NCBI GenBank assembly: GCA_043228905.1
Contig: JBHGNT010000005.1
Coordinates: forward strand, 4,526,001 to 4,590,000
From: Azolla caroliniana
Taxonomy: Eukaryota > Plantae > Polypodiophyta
Reading direction: 5' to 3'
DNA length: 64,000 bases
This document shows positions 32,676 through 45,542 of this stretch, piece by piece (position 1 is the stretch's first letter; every line of letters starts with the position of its first letter). Both the position numbers and the translations under genes were made by a program. The notes beneath the pieces are model-generated. The model did not search any database. It was given only the letters and a program-made list of their open reading frames with translations, and had not been told where the DNA came from.

Positions 32676-35600
32676 TTCTTCTCCTATGTTTCTTTCTTCT
32701 TCGAACCGTAGATGTCCTTCAAAACCGACCGCCCCTGTCTTCTTCTCTGCCAGATGTTGCTCTTCCCAGAGCTTTCCACCCCCCAACTTGGTTCAGCTTG
32801 CAGAGAAAGCTCGCATATCTCTCTCTCCCGAAGAGGTAAGAATTTTGAAACTAAAGGAAAACGAGGTGATGCACGAGAATACAGTGGAGCGAAATATTGC
32901 GCACGAATGAAATGGAGTATTGCACACAATTAAAATTGAAATTTTCACATCAATGATACGAAATGGAAGCAAATGTTGCACATACATGAAATGAAATACA
33001 ATGGCTTGCATAAATGAGATGAAATGTTGCATATCGAATGTTTTTAAATGGAGCGAAATGTTGCACATCAACGAAATCAAATATTACGGATAAATGAAAT
33101 GATATGCTGACGATAAATTTAATGCTGTTGCTCATAAATTAAATGAATTGAAACGAAATGTTGTTATTCCTTGAGATAGAAAACAAGAATCCAGCTATAG
33201 AGTACAGGGTGGAACATCACTACGAGAGGGTAGAATGCGTGCAGTAGGTTAGAGATAGTGGAAACTTTAGAACTTAGAATGAATGGTGATATGTACATTA
33301 TAACCCTGTATAGTCGTTTAACCATCTCTCTTTCATTGTTCAATATAGTGAACATGATAAACTAACATATCCCTATGTGGCTATACATTTAGAGAGAAAG
33401 AAGAAAAGATGAAAGAAAGTCATATGAACAACCACAGAGAGCCAAAATCAACCTGTGGGATCAATCAAGTATGTTTCTGTGCAATCCACTATTGAGTTAC
33501 ATAGAGAAAAAAAACAAAGTCTGATAGCATTGATGTCATGAAAAACTACGATGTACACTTTCATATTTTAAAATCAGATTCTACCTACAGGTTTGTGAGA
33601 GACTACCATCATGACCTATTGGATCCAAAAAGCACTTCAAGGGTATGCACTAGTCAGATTTAAGCCTCTCCTGTGCTGAAGTAGAGAACATATATATGTA
33701 GCATAAGAGGTGAAAGTGGGGTAGGTGTGTCTAACTCTAAGAAGTTGTGCAAGGTTGTTGTATTGGGTAAAGATTGATGATGGGAGGTGGTGTTGGATGG
33801 CCATCTATGCTTCACATGGTGGTGAGAGATGCTTCTAGTCCTTGGGTTCTTGATTCGGACAAATTGTGTTTGGGCTGCTCTAGCGAGACCCCTCCACTCT
33901 CAATCTCCAGATCATAAACTACAGATCAGGACAATGATTTAGATAGAGAGAACGTGATGGTGATCATCATCATCATTCTGAGAAAACATTGACAGTGATG
34001 GTGATGTATTGTTGTTCCCACGAGTGAGTAGCATGGTGTATATAATGGCATAAAAGAGTTAGGTGTGAGTCTCTTTGGTTGATTCATCAGGTAAATGCAT
34101 TTGGCTCATGTGTTTTCCTAAGGGTTGCTCCTTCGTTGATTTGGGAATTATACTTATGCATGTATGTGCCTAAGAAGCAGGGATGGATGTATCCCAATTC
34201 ATAGAAGCTATGTGAGGTTGGGATACAGGGTAAATGATGGTGTAAAACATTGGCATATGTTTTACATCGTTGTATCAGGTGCTCTGCTTCCTCAGGCAGG
34301 CAAAGTATTTTGTTTAAACCTATGGTCTCCTTCTTTGTGCAAGCTAGCTTTATCTAGTCTATTAGATCTAAAATCATGTTTATGTATATTGGGTAAATGA
34401 TTGTAAGAGACTAGACAACAAATATGATTTTTTTACTGCTGAACAAGACACATTATGCTTCATGATCCTCACACATAACGTATGTTTTACAAAATTAATA
34501 ATTCAACAGCTTTACCACAGAACCATAGCGGAAAATAAGTTAATAACAAGTTATCATACGCTTAAATTTAGAAAATATGCTGCTAACATTTGTTGAAGGA
34601 ATCTAATTTCTATCATGGAAAGCTCTAAAAACATAAATTTTTATGATTATTAAAGATTTTAAAAGCATTAAACAATTAAAGTTCTCTCTATTTAAAATGC
34701 ATTCTTCTTTTTCTTTTGAACTGAATTTCTATATTATGCCAAAATAGAAGTTAAAACACCAATAATTTTCTATTATGATGTTACTTTTCCTATGTTCCTT
34801 TGTGAACTTTAGAGATAAACTAGTATATGCCAGATTTGAACTTTTTTACTTTTCTTTGTTGTTTCTTCATGATTCATGCTGCTGTTTATTTTCTTGTTCT
34901 CTCCCCCAAATCGGAATGACTCGTTCAGATTGAGGACTTTCGCCCAAAGCTTGAACAAATAGTTGGCTGGTACGTTACCTTAACCTAAATCTATTTCTAG
35001 TATGAAACATCTTTGTCCTATAAATTTCTGATGTAAATTTTTGGATTCACAATTAAGGTGCAAATCTCACCCATAATGTACAGTTGTCTGTATCGTTGCA
35101 CTTCAAAAACTCACATGTAGCCAGTGCTTTATGAGTTTCCTATTTTTATTATTATAGGTTTGGCCAACTGCAAGAAGTTGATTTGGAAAATATTCTGCCG
35201 TCACTTCGTGTTGGTAAGAAATTTTCATATGTATGGAAATTTCAAAATGAACCTTTCCAACAGAATATGTCTTGAATATGTCTTTTACAGATGCTGAAAG
35301 CCCAAGGCCACTTCGTGAGGATGTGACATCATGTTTTGAGAATAGGTATGCTACAAATCTTTGATAACTTTGTATATTTTAACTGTACAATATAACATTG
35401 CACTGAGAAATGTAAAATTGCATACTCTCATATAACAAGGGTTTAAATCTAAAGACACATTTTGCTGAATCTGAAGTTTTTTTAGTTCTTATGCAAGTTT
35501 TATTTTTGCATTTCATCACATGCGAAATGTAAGCTAGGATGAAATGATTTTTATTTTCATTGTCATCTGTAAAAATCTGTTTAAGAATGCAATGGTTTTA

Positions 35601-35839
35601 GATGCCCTCATTGTGCGTAAAGGGATAATTTAGAATTAGAGTCCATCAGTGTATATATGAAACCAGATGCATCTGAATTCAATAGTAGAAAACTTATATG
35701 GGTTTGTAAGTCATTATGTTCTGGTTACTAATGGTGATAATATTTTTTTGAACATAGAGATGCAATGCTTGCTGCTATTCCAGAGGCAGAAGGACCATAT
35801 ATTAAAGTGCCCAAGATTCTGAATGAAAGTATAGAGTGA
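32605..35839 (+). CDS. GATC: Glutamyl-tRNA(Gln) amidotransferase subunit C, chloroplast/mitochondrial; 5 exons
   Basis: Exons 32605-32835, 34929-34969, 35158-35213, 35291-35345, 35758-35839. Ser-rich transit peptide, then [37 protein letters not shown]...LREDV...NRDAMLAAIPEAEGPYIKVPKILNE. Confidence 0.92.
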
Positions 35840-37260
35840 CCTGCCTCATGCATTCTCCTTTTTCCTATCATATTTATATTTATATTATAATGAGATCCTA
35901 CAATCGATCTATTATCTTTGTTATTTGCTAATATGGCTTTGTATGCTAGATGATAATTATTACCTATATTGACACTTGCCAAAATACCCAGAATATTTTT
36001 GAAAGTACCCTAAAACCCCTCATTTTTCTAGAAAATACTTCTCTACAATCTCTCTCCTCTAGTTTTAGGGGAATTTTGAAAAATGAGGGCACTATCAGAA
36101 TTTGGAAATATAAGAGAAAAAATGAGGATGACATTGGTTTCTAAGATGAAGAGAATATGGTCAAATCCAATGGAGAGTATTCCCAGTCCATATTGGAAGT
36201 TTTGGATCAATTTTCTTTTTTCTGAAATAACTTTGTGATTGGCCTAGACAGGGATTCCCATTTGGAAGATATGTAAATGTTGGGAAGAGATTTTTGTGTA
36301 TGCAGCAACAGAACGTGCTTGTTCATGCATGAAACCCCCTTTTTCTGTCTGCTTATAAATTAAATTCAACAAATGTTAAGATAAGGATGTAGCGCTTTAT
36401 GGATTTTTAATGTGTCTTTCTGCTGAAGGAGGGTCAGCTTTAGGATTCTATACCCAAGCATAAAGGGAAACATAGAATTCCAGGATATTGAAAGTAAAAT
36501 ACAATTCTTATTATTAATATAAAGGGAAGGTGATCTGAAAAGACATTATTGGAGTCAGATTTCCTAGGTAATGAAATTTGAAAAATAACAAGCAACAAAT
36601 TGGAGATAGTATAGTCAAGATGTAATCAACTCAGTTAAAATCCAATGAGCAGTTGGTGAACTTCGATAAATATTTAGTTCCACAAAAGATAGCGTGTGTA
36701 GAATATTGCCCAACCCAATAATTGAAATAGAAAAATAGAAGATTAGCAACAAAAATACGAAGGTGAGAAAAAACATTAGATTTGAACAAATAAAATTTCC
36801 CCTAATATCCTTTTTCAACCCTTGAAAGAGTCATTATTGTTGTTATTTGAGCAGATTTGTGGTCAATTTATTCTCTTTAATCCTTCTACCTTTTGGGGTT
36901 AACGAATGGCATTTTATATATTCCAATGTTTTTCTCTAAATTTTACCAAATAAGCTATACTTGAAAACCATGCCTAATGTCATCATATTTGAGCCATTTC
37001 AAAGTAATGTATTTGTTTATGATGCGAGAAGCAATTGATGATGCATATTTTCTTACTTTCATTAATATTCAGCTTTTTTTTATCAATCATGTGAACTTAC
37101 CAAAGAGAAAAAAAAAACATACATGGAAGTTTGTCCCTCTCCTTTATCATCTCCAACCTCAAATCATCAAGAAGTTACAACTTACAAGCATGAATAAAAC
37201 TGTGATTATTTTTATTGTGACTTGGAACTGCATTTCTCACCAATAAGCTCATTTGCATGC

Positions 37261-37502
37261 AAGTCACGTTGCATTGATGAAAAACTTCACTCTCTTGAAG
37301 GCTATCAAATGCCATGAACATGTAATGTCAAACAAATTTTAGCATTTTCAAACCTAGTTTACTTCTTTGTTTTTGTTGATTTCATGCATGCATACATACA
37401 TATATGCATAACACACACTCATACAATGTGAGCCATGTTGCTTGGATGAGAAACTTCTCACTTGAAGGCTATCAAATGCCATGAAAATGAAATGTCAAAC
37501 AG
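37261..37502. repeat. Imperfect ~75-bp direct repeat
   Basis: CTTGAAGGCTATCAAATGCCATGAA.ATG.AATGTCAAACA lies within 37261-37335 and 37430-37502. Confidence 0.8.
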
Positions 37503-38434
37503 GTAACATTTAAATTGGACAAAGCATCCCATAGGATCTCTTACTTCCCTCATATTTATACACACCTACTAACATATGCGATCTTAAGAGGAGGCCAATT
37601 CAAAGGACCCCATAGGATTTCATTCTTCTCATGGATCTATGCTTACATGCATGTCTTTTGACATACATGCATTCATATATAAATAACCTTTAGAGTAGCA
37701 AGTTCTCCAAACTATACTCACATGTCTTTCTGCATTCTCACATGCATATGATACACATATCCTTCAAAGAAGAGCTTCTTTCTTTGCCATTGATCTTGTG
37801 TTAAGGATATATTTAATGATTAAGCAAATAAACATATAGTTAAAACAAAGAAATGGATTTAAGGGTATCTGTCTCCCATTAATGAGATTGGGCTAGTCTA
37901 ATCATTATATATATAGATACATAGATAAACAGATAGATATGTTCACAAATGAGCACACTGTAGCATGCCTTAATTGCAAAGAATACTTTCACACATGGTC
38001 TATCAAGTTAGAAAGGATACTTTTTTGTTAATCACTAGGATATCTCAACCAGCTCTAAATTTACATTCATGTAACAAAATCGAAATTCGATGGTAACAAC
38101 CCAAAGAATCCACCAATTCAAACAGTGGTTGTCACATCAATGAAAAGCATAAGCCAATACAGGATTTTGAATAGGATGCATTAGGGTACTATTTAGCGAT
38201 CATAGATTTGCATTAAACAAACCAAAGACGTTTGGTCTGATTTTAGCACGTGAAAACTTGTCCTCTGGTTAGTATGTTGTGTCCTTGCTTTCCTTTCAAA
38301 GAACATTTTCTTTAAACTAATTAATTTGCATAACCAAACCACAAACCATTGGTTTGATTTAATGTGCAACTGATTCTCTTGTTACTACACTGTGTCCTTG
38401 TTTGATTTTTGAATGCGTTTTCTTTAAACCAAGC

Positions 38435-39787
38435 TCATTCACACAGTGGACACATCATCAAACCATTCTCGTTGCACTCCATGCAACACTCTACAACATC
38501 CTTGTGAGAGATTCGCTTGCGGCTACCCCTACATATTGAGCATGGTATAAACCTTACATCAGCACAAACACTGCAAACATTCTTACTGTTTGTAGGTAAG
38601 CCTTCCACAAGTCTTGCAAGGATTCCTTCTTCATGTAATACTTCCACTTCAGCAGCACCTCCAATATATCTCCCCATTATAAACAGCCTTGGCACCAACA
38701 CTACCTTTCCCATTAAATCCGTAAGCTCTTGCCTGAACTTGGAATGCATCCATACATCTCTCTCATCCACATGCACTCTCAATCCTTTCAATATCAACCG
38801 GAGCATAAAACCATCTTCAAAGGTCTTTCTAACAGCCCTCAAACTCGTGAAGTAGATAACTATTTTGTTTTCACAACCCAGTGGACAAATCCTTTCGAAT
38901 TTGTCAAGATACTCTTCTCGACTCCATTCTTTGTCCTCATTTATGAGAGAAAAGACTTCAGAAAATGAAGGTTTCCTATCATGAAGAGAGGCATTTTCCA
39001 GCTGAGCAGTGTGCATTCTCAGACTCTTACATTTCATATTGTCCTCATGACAGCAACTATCTTCATCTGAACATGACATTTCAGAAGCTGAAGCAGTATT
39101 CTCAGAGGATTTACCCTCAGAAATTTTCCAGCAATCTTCAACAGCTTTCTCAAAGTTAGCCAAAATGCAGGGATCAAAAAGAGGAAGAATGCTATCCTCG
39201 GTCTCCTTGTCTTTACTTGGCATCCACTCATCTTCTGCATCATTCTCATCTCGAACAATAGTAACTGACACCTGTCTCGATAGAGAATCGAGAATTGAAT
39301 CATCACTGGACTTTACAGTAATACTTCCCTTTGAAAGCAATGAATTCTTCAGGCTAATTCCCCTAGTAGGTGATGCAAAAAGTCTTGATGGTGATTGTAG
39401 GCCAGGATTCAACAACAGCCTCAAGCCAATGGTTGCTTCACATGAATTGACTAACGAGACATTTGTGTTATCATTACAACTTAGCTGATTTGGACTGTTT
39501 GCATGTTTTCTCCTCGCATAATTGACTATTGAATCATGTGCATTAAGAACTTCCTTGTATTCCTCAAAGTCTAATTCTACCTCATCTTGCACCGATTTGA
39601 GATTCAATAGCATTGCATTATGCAAGGAATCTCTTCTTCTTGACTCGGGCATACTGAATAATCTCAACTTCCATGGTAATTTTGATAGCATTGCATTGTT
39701 GTTACTTCTGGCAGGTACAGAGTTTGTGTGTGATAAATAATCGTTCAGACTTTGTGTTTCCTGATTCTTCGATGGTATACTTCCCAT
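38435..39787 (-). CDS. Glutaredoxin-like domain protein with C-terminal CxxC zinc-finger (At5g39865-like), single coding exon
   Basis: 450-aa ORF. Motifs: KIVIYFTSLRAVRKTFED, VDERDVWMHSKFRQEL, VPRLFIMGRYIGGAAEV, CSVCADVRFIPCSICRGSRK...CMECNENGLMMCPLC. N-terminal MGSIPSK could be myristoylated. Probable 5'-UTR intron with donor near 41634. Confidence 0.92.
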   Translation of the reverse strand: MGSIPSKNQETQSLNDYLSHTNSVPARSNNNAMLSKLPWKLRLFSMPESRRRDSLHNAMLLNLKSVQDEVELDFEEYKEVLNAHDSIVNYARRKHANSPNQLSCNDNTNVSLVNSCEATIGLRLLLNPGLQSPSRLFASPTRGISLKNSLLSKGSITVKSSDDSILDSLSRQVSVTIVRDENDAEDEWMPSKDKETEDSILPLFDPCILANFEKAVEDCWKISEGKSSENTASASEMSCSDEDSCCHEDNMKCKSLRMHTAQLENASLHDRKPSFSEVFSLINEDKEWSREEYLDKFERICPLGCENKIVIYFTSLRAVRKTFEDGFMLRLILKGLRVHVDERDVWMHSKFRQELTDLMGKVVLVPRLFIMGRYIGGAAEVEVLHEEGILARLVEGLPTNSKNVCSVCADVRFIPCSICRGSRKRISHKDVVECCMECNENGLMMCPLCE

Positions 39788-40164
39788 GCTCTTGTAAGTG
39801 AGTCTTTATGAAGATGGAATATAAACTTAAAGCTAGATGCATAAAACTCTTAATAGAAAGTCAGTGGAAACTGAGTTTTCCTTGTTTCCTATCATGGTTT
39901 GCCATAGAAAAGAGCATGCCATTCAGTGATGTTGGATCGTCATGGCATTACCTCCAGGAACCCATAGTACAATAAGTTGTTCCTACATAGAATCGTTCTA
40001 AAAATATTAGAAGAAACATACATTAATCCAAAAACAAAACTAATGGTGCACATAGAAGAACTTATTTATACCGTGATGAATTTTGTGGAACAAAGCTAGA
40101 ACAAGACGAAGCCTTCACATGGGTAAGCACTCTTCATTTATACCTTCTTCACGAAATTTATCAA

Positions 40165-41380
40165 AATACACATTTTCTCAGACACCCTATGAAGTTGTTT
40201 ATGATATGATGAAGCAATTGAAGACGCGTATTCTCTTACTTTCATTCAACAAGGGTATGAATAGATGAACCCCATCCCTTTCAACTGTTAAATTAACATT
40301 TACTGAAGAAGAAAGCAAAAACACATTTTCTGAGAAACTAGAAGTTAAAAAAGACATTATTTATCAGAAACCCCAATGGACGTGCTCTTCTGATTCACAG
40401 AAACAAATATATAGTTCATTATTCAAGAAAAGAACCAAAAGTCTCAGAAATTCTGATGCCATTGCCCTTGTGCAGAGTTACAAATCAACAAATAGAGGAG
40501 ATACATGTTCTCTTCAAATTTGTGCAGAGTTTATACGCCTGTAAACGGTAATATGCCACCTCTCTCATTAATATACATAAAAAAAGAGCACATCCTCAAC
40601 CATTAAACACATCAAGAATAACATTAACCCTAATATTTGGTTGGCCTTTGAACAACCTTTCTGTTAAGAAAGATACATTGTCTCAGAAATCCTAACGGTG
40701 CTGATCTTCTGATTCATGAAAAACAAATATATAATCCAAGAAGAAAAAAAAGTTTCTCAGGTATTATGCCCTTGTGCAGAATTACAAAGCAACTAATTAA
40801 TTTTGCTTTCCAATAGACTGGTAAAAAAAATGACAAATTTTCTCAGAAAATTCTAATGATGTTTCTCTTCTCATTTCAGCAAAATAATGCTTTCAATATA
40901 ACCACGCCTCTCTCATCAGTATCAAGACTCATCATTATATATAAAAGAAAATATCCTAGTTAAAGAAGAATTAAACAGAAGACAAATCTTCTCAGCAACT
41001 CTAATAGATTTTCTCTTTTTTCTTATACAAAACCAAAAGACACATTTGTTCAACAACCTTATGGTATGGCTATTCTGAGATAGGCAAAGAAAAATTAAAA
41101 TTTAGAAAAGATGACACATTTTCTCAGAAAACCTAATGGCATTTCTCTTCTAATTCATGCAAATCCAGGATATAATTCTAGGAAAAAGGCAAATTTCTTA
41201 TTCCGACTGGTGCAAAAATTAGAAATGCAAAAATAGAATAATCCTGCAACACAAAGCTATAACTGCAAAAATAGCTTCTGATTTGTGTAAATTTTACGAA
41301 TCAATAAACACAAGATTCATGCAAAACAAAGTGCTATAATTCAAAACCAAAAAGACACATTTTCTCTTCTAATTTTTACA
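40165..41380. repeat. Degenerate repeat array (GACACATTTTCTCAGAAA...CTAATG...TCTCTTCTGATTCA)
   Basis: At least 9 recognisable copies at about 40168, 40321, 40353, 40672, 40832, 40981, 41039, 41113 and 41354. Confidence 0.7.
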
Positions 41381-42959
41381 AAACTACAAATAGAAGAATC
41401 CCATCACATATATTTATATGCATTATACATATACACATACATACGCAGCGTGTGTGTGTGTGTGTATCAGAAAACATTACCCTGGCCCATTCAACTCGTT
41501 TAAACTAGCATTTCAAACCCTAAATTCATGCATGTGTTTCTAAAGGTTGTTAAAAAGAGAAGATCTGTCTAAACACGCAGAGGAAGCTAACGAGATGAAC
41601 AAAAGGAAGAAGAAGAAGAAGAAAGGGGTCTTACCGCAAGTTGAAAAGTTGAAGATGTGAAGAAAGGAGAAGGCGGAGAGGGGGGGAGGAAGGGACCTCT
41701 GTGTTTTCTGTGCTGCTTCTCATTTCATACGAGCTGCCATGTTTTCTTTTCTCTGAGAGAGACAGACAGACAGACAGAGAAACAGAGAGTGAACGAGCGC
41801 GCGGGCTTGAGATGTTGGTTTCACACTCGTCCGCCCAAACGGCAAAGCCAAGAATGCCCATGCCCAAAACCACCACCACCACCACACACACAAATATTTA
41901 CATACATTCATAATGTTATCGTCTGGGTACCGCACCCTCGCCCATATGAGCGAGGTTTTAAACCTCAGACACTACTACTCCGCGAGAGCTTCCGCGTGAC
42001 CAGCTGGTCTATCAGAAGCTTGCCTCCACCTCTTCACTGACACGTGAAAGCTTCTACCCCCTCTCCATTCGGTATATTTTTAACCTTACTGTAACTCGAC
42101 AGTTTCTGTAGCACCGTAACTTCTTATTAGGACCAATAGGCTAGAGAGCTCTCTCTGTCTTGCCATGGCTTTTAACCTAACCTTGAAGTTGAAAGTTTCA
42201 CACAATATATCGATTAATCGTGGAGGTACTCTGTTGTATTTTGATATAATCATGAAAATAGACGTGGGTTTTCGGATTTAAATCAATGGGTTATTGGCAT
42301 TGTACAATTTGTTTTACAAACTCAAACAAAACAATTAAGAATGAATGTCTCCTTTTCCTTGGGAAAAGTAACAACATCGTGCAACAACTTTAAGCATGCC
42401 TAGAAAAACATCGAGAATGTATAGACACTTCACGATATTGTCCTTCTTGATGAGACTTTATTTAAAAAGTATGTATCGGTGTTCAAAATGAGGGAAGGAG
42501 AGGGGGGTATGAGGACAAATCGTGGTGGAGTTAAAGATTAGAGGAAAGACATAAAGACATTCAACTTTGTTGATAAAACTTGGTAGAAAAAATATATATA
42601 AACAACAAAGTTTGTGACAAATGACGTGGGAGCATGTTGGGAACACGCTATACTATGTAACGTGAGCAAGGGTAGGTTGTCAATGCAAAGAGAAATCATG
42701 TGTGGATTATGTCCATGATGGAGATGAGGGTTTTGCTTCTCTTCAATAACATGCACTTAGGTAGAACGAGTGCGAGAGTGATATATCATCCTCAAAAACC
42801 AAATATGATCTATGGAACCGAGGTGAAACATTATTAACATGACATTTTGTGGAGTTGCTATTCATGCAATTTACCATTGAAATTTGCAATCAAGAGTACA
42901 CGTTGTCAGTGGGAAAGAGACATGTATAACGCTAGTTTAGGGTTGAAAATGTGGCAAGA

Positions 42960-44030
42960 GACGTTGTTACTGGCGACCGCAATAGGTAAAAATGTTGAAA
43001 GGGAAATTGTTTTGGTAGTTCTCATGAGTAACCTTCGCAACTAGTCATAGATTATATTAGAGGGTTTACATTGACAAAATATCCTCATTGTCACGATAGG
43101 ATAATGAAGGTTTTTTTCATATCATCTTGTTTGTATATTCGAAGAGAGGTCTTATTGTATGAAAATGTAGAAAAGGGGAAGTCATTTTATGAAAATATAA
43201 AGAGGACATAGAGATTGATGTTTTAGTGTCCACAAATGATTGGATATATGAGTTTCTGTATGGGATCATACTCAATGACCATTACCTTAGATATGATCAT
43301 GTATCAATTGTCATCAACAACTACGGGTGTTGTGTGACATTCCAAATAATTAAAGTTTGATAATTGCAGTGGTCACCAACACCGTCTATGCCTTAACTTG
43401 ATGGAAAACAGAGTTTTGTTAGTGGCATACATATCATTTGCATGTTGAATTAGTCCATGTCATGGTGAATGGTGTTGAGTGTTGCACACGAGATGATAAT
43501 CTCGTGTTCTATTCTATGCATATGCGAATGTGATTTTTGGTGGAAAATGGCATGCAAGTTACCTTTGTTGATACCTTTAAGATGGTGCCACCTTTTGGAT
43601 TGGATGTATTTCTTTATACAATTATTAAGGAGGATGCCAAGCCTAATTTCCTTTAATGGTGGAGGGCTAAAGCCATTATGATTGTCATGTCACAAGTTCA
43701 GGCATCATCGACAAGGACACCTTTGTCATCCTTTTAGTGGGCTTTCACTATGATAACATAGCTTTACCATTATTGTTGTATGCAACAACAATTGACTACA
43801 TTAGGCATTTGATATATAGTATAATTGCAACATGAGAAATGATTTATTGTTTGATGGTCTCCATCAAACTACCGCAATAGGTATGTATGTTGAAAGTAAA
43901 ATTGTTTTGGCGAATTTCACAACGAACCTATGCGAGCACATTGTTTCCATGTCTTGAGGGGATTACCTTGCAATATATCCTCACTAGTGTGATTGGAAAA
44001 TAAAGAGAGTTTTGTGTTGTTGTGTTATTT
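42960..44030. repeat. Old dispersed repeat, two copies here and a third at about 60000-60400
   Basis: ACCGCAATAGGTA...ATGTTGAAAG..AAATTGTTTTGG...GAGGG..TTAC.TTG...ATATCCTCA at about 42975 and 43870. The segment 43670-44030 is colinear with 60000-60400. Confidence 0.6.
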
Positions 44031-45480
44031 TAATTTATATATATCCACATTTATGAATATATAAATGTACATACACACATACATATATATAAATTATAAT
44101 ATACATATGTAGAGAGAGGGAGGGAAGAACGTAGAGTTCAAATGATTTGGATTTGTGAACCCCATGGATTGAATAAAGACTTTTTGACTTTTACGACAAA
44201 CATGGAGGATGGGTTCTAACATCAAAGCAATTGTTTGTTGGTATTGTAATCAAAATTCAAATTAAGTTTTCTCTGCAACCATCATGAACTGAATTACGAA
44301 AGTTAGCATATTGAGAGACGATGTCAATGTATCTCTTTTTCAACTCATTCTCAAGACAACCATGATAGCATTGCACTATCTCAAACTATCAACATTGATA
44401 TTTTTATAATGTTCAGAACATAAGTCCATGTTTGGCACTTACATCCATACCCTAAGGTTGCTAATATGTTTACAATATTTAAACTATACCATGTTCAAGG
44501 ATTTAGTTTACGTTTGTTTCTACAATCAATATAATCTTCAAACCAACATGACGGGGAGGCTCCAACACAAACTTGATAACCAATAATCAACATTATTGTT
44601 TACTTCCAAAAATTTGGTTCACATTGACGACTCTTTGAGAATAATAACTTGATACAAAATTAATATCTATTTTCTACCAATCCAATACACACATGTTTGT
44701 GACTTTTATGTGATCAATATAACGAGAGACATATTTAGAGGTTTCGTTGATTATTGTATTGGAGATTATCTTGTGTATAAATGCAAACATTTTACATAGT
44801 GCTTTACAATGCAATGTATCGTTTTTACCATGTTCTCTAAAGAATTGGAAAACATTCATATCATGACGTAAAGAGCATTGTTTTTGGGGAAGCCCTTTTA
44901 GTCAAGTATCGCATATGCTCCAATATATACGAGTCAATACAATATGTATATTTACACCCCAATAGTATTTTTTTGAAACACTTGATTTATGAGGTCATTG
45001 CCTCGTTCATTGGAAATTGTACCACATGTTTAAAAAAAAAAAAAAACCTCAAGATAAATTTGTTATGCTAAGAAAAACTAGAACTACTTTAGTTGTAAAG
45101 TTTTCTCTAGATAATAAAATTTATGTTCACAAACAAAATACTTGTAGATTTTAGACAATATCCTACTATATCAAATAGGGCACTATTGTTATTATGAAGA
45201 GGCAATTGTGTGTTGGGATTAAGCCCGAGTGAATGCGGAGCATGTTGCGATTTTTTACTTTAAGATATGACCAACAAAGAAAAGAAACAAGCAAAATTTC
45301 AAGTGTCATGTTCAAAATAGTTAAAACCATATTTGAGTGGCCCTAAGAATAATTTTAGTGATAATACATTTCTAACAAAGAAATCATCATCATCATTGGC
45401 AATGTCTTGTTTACTATCACATGGGTACAATGTTGGAATGACCAAGGGGACACCGCTCTCGGCCTTAATCTATTGTACAC

Positions 45481-45483
<3 letters not shown>

Positions 45484-45539
<56 letters not shown>
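45484..45539. repeat. (CT)n microsatellite
   Basis: Direct reading. Confidence 0.95.
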
Positions 45540-45542
<3 letters not shown>

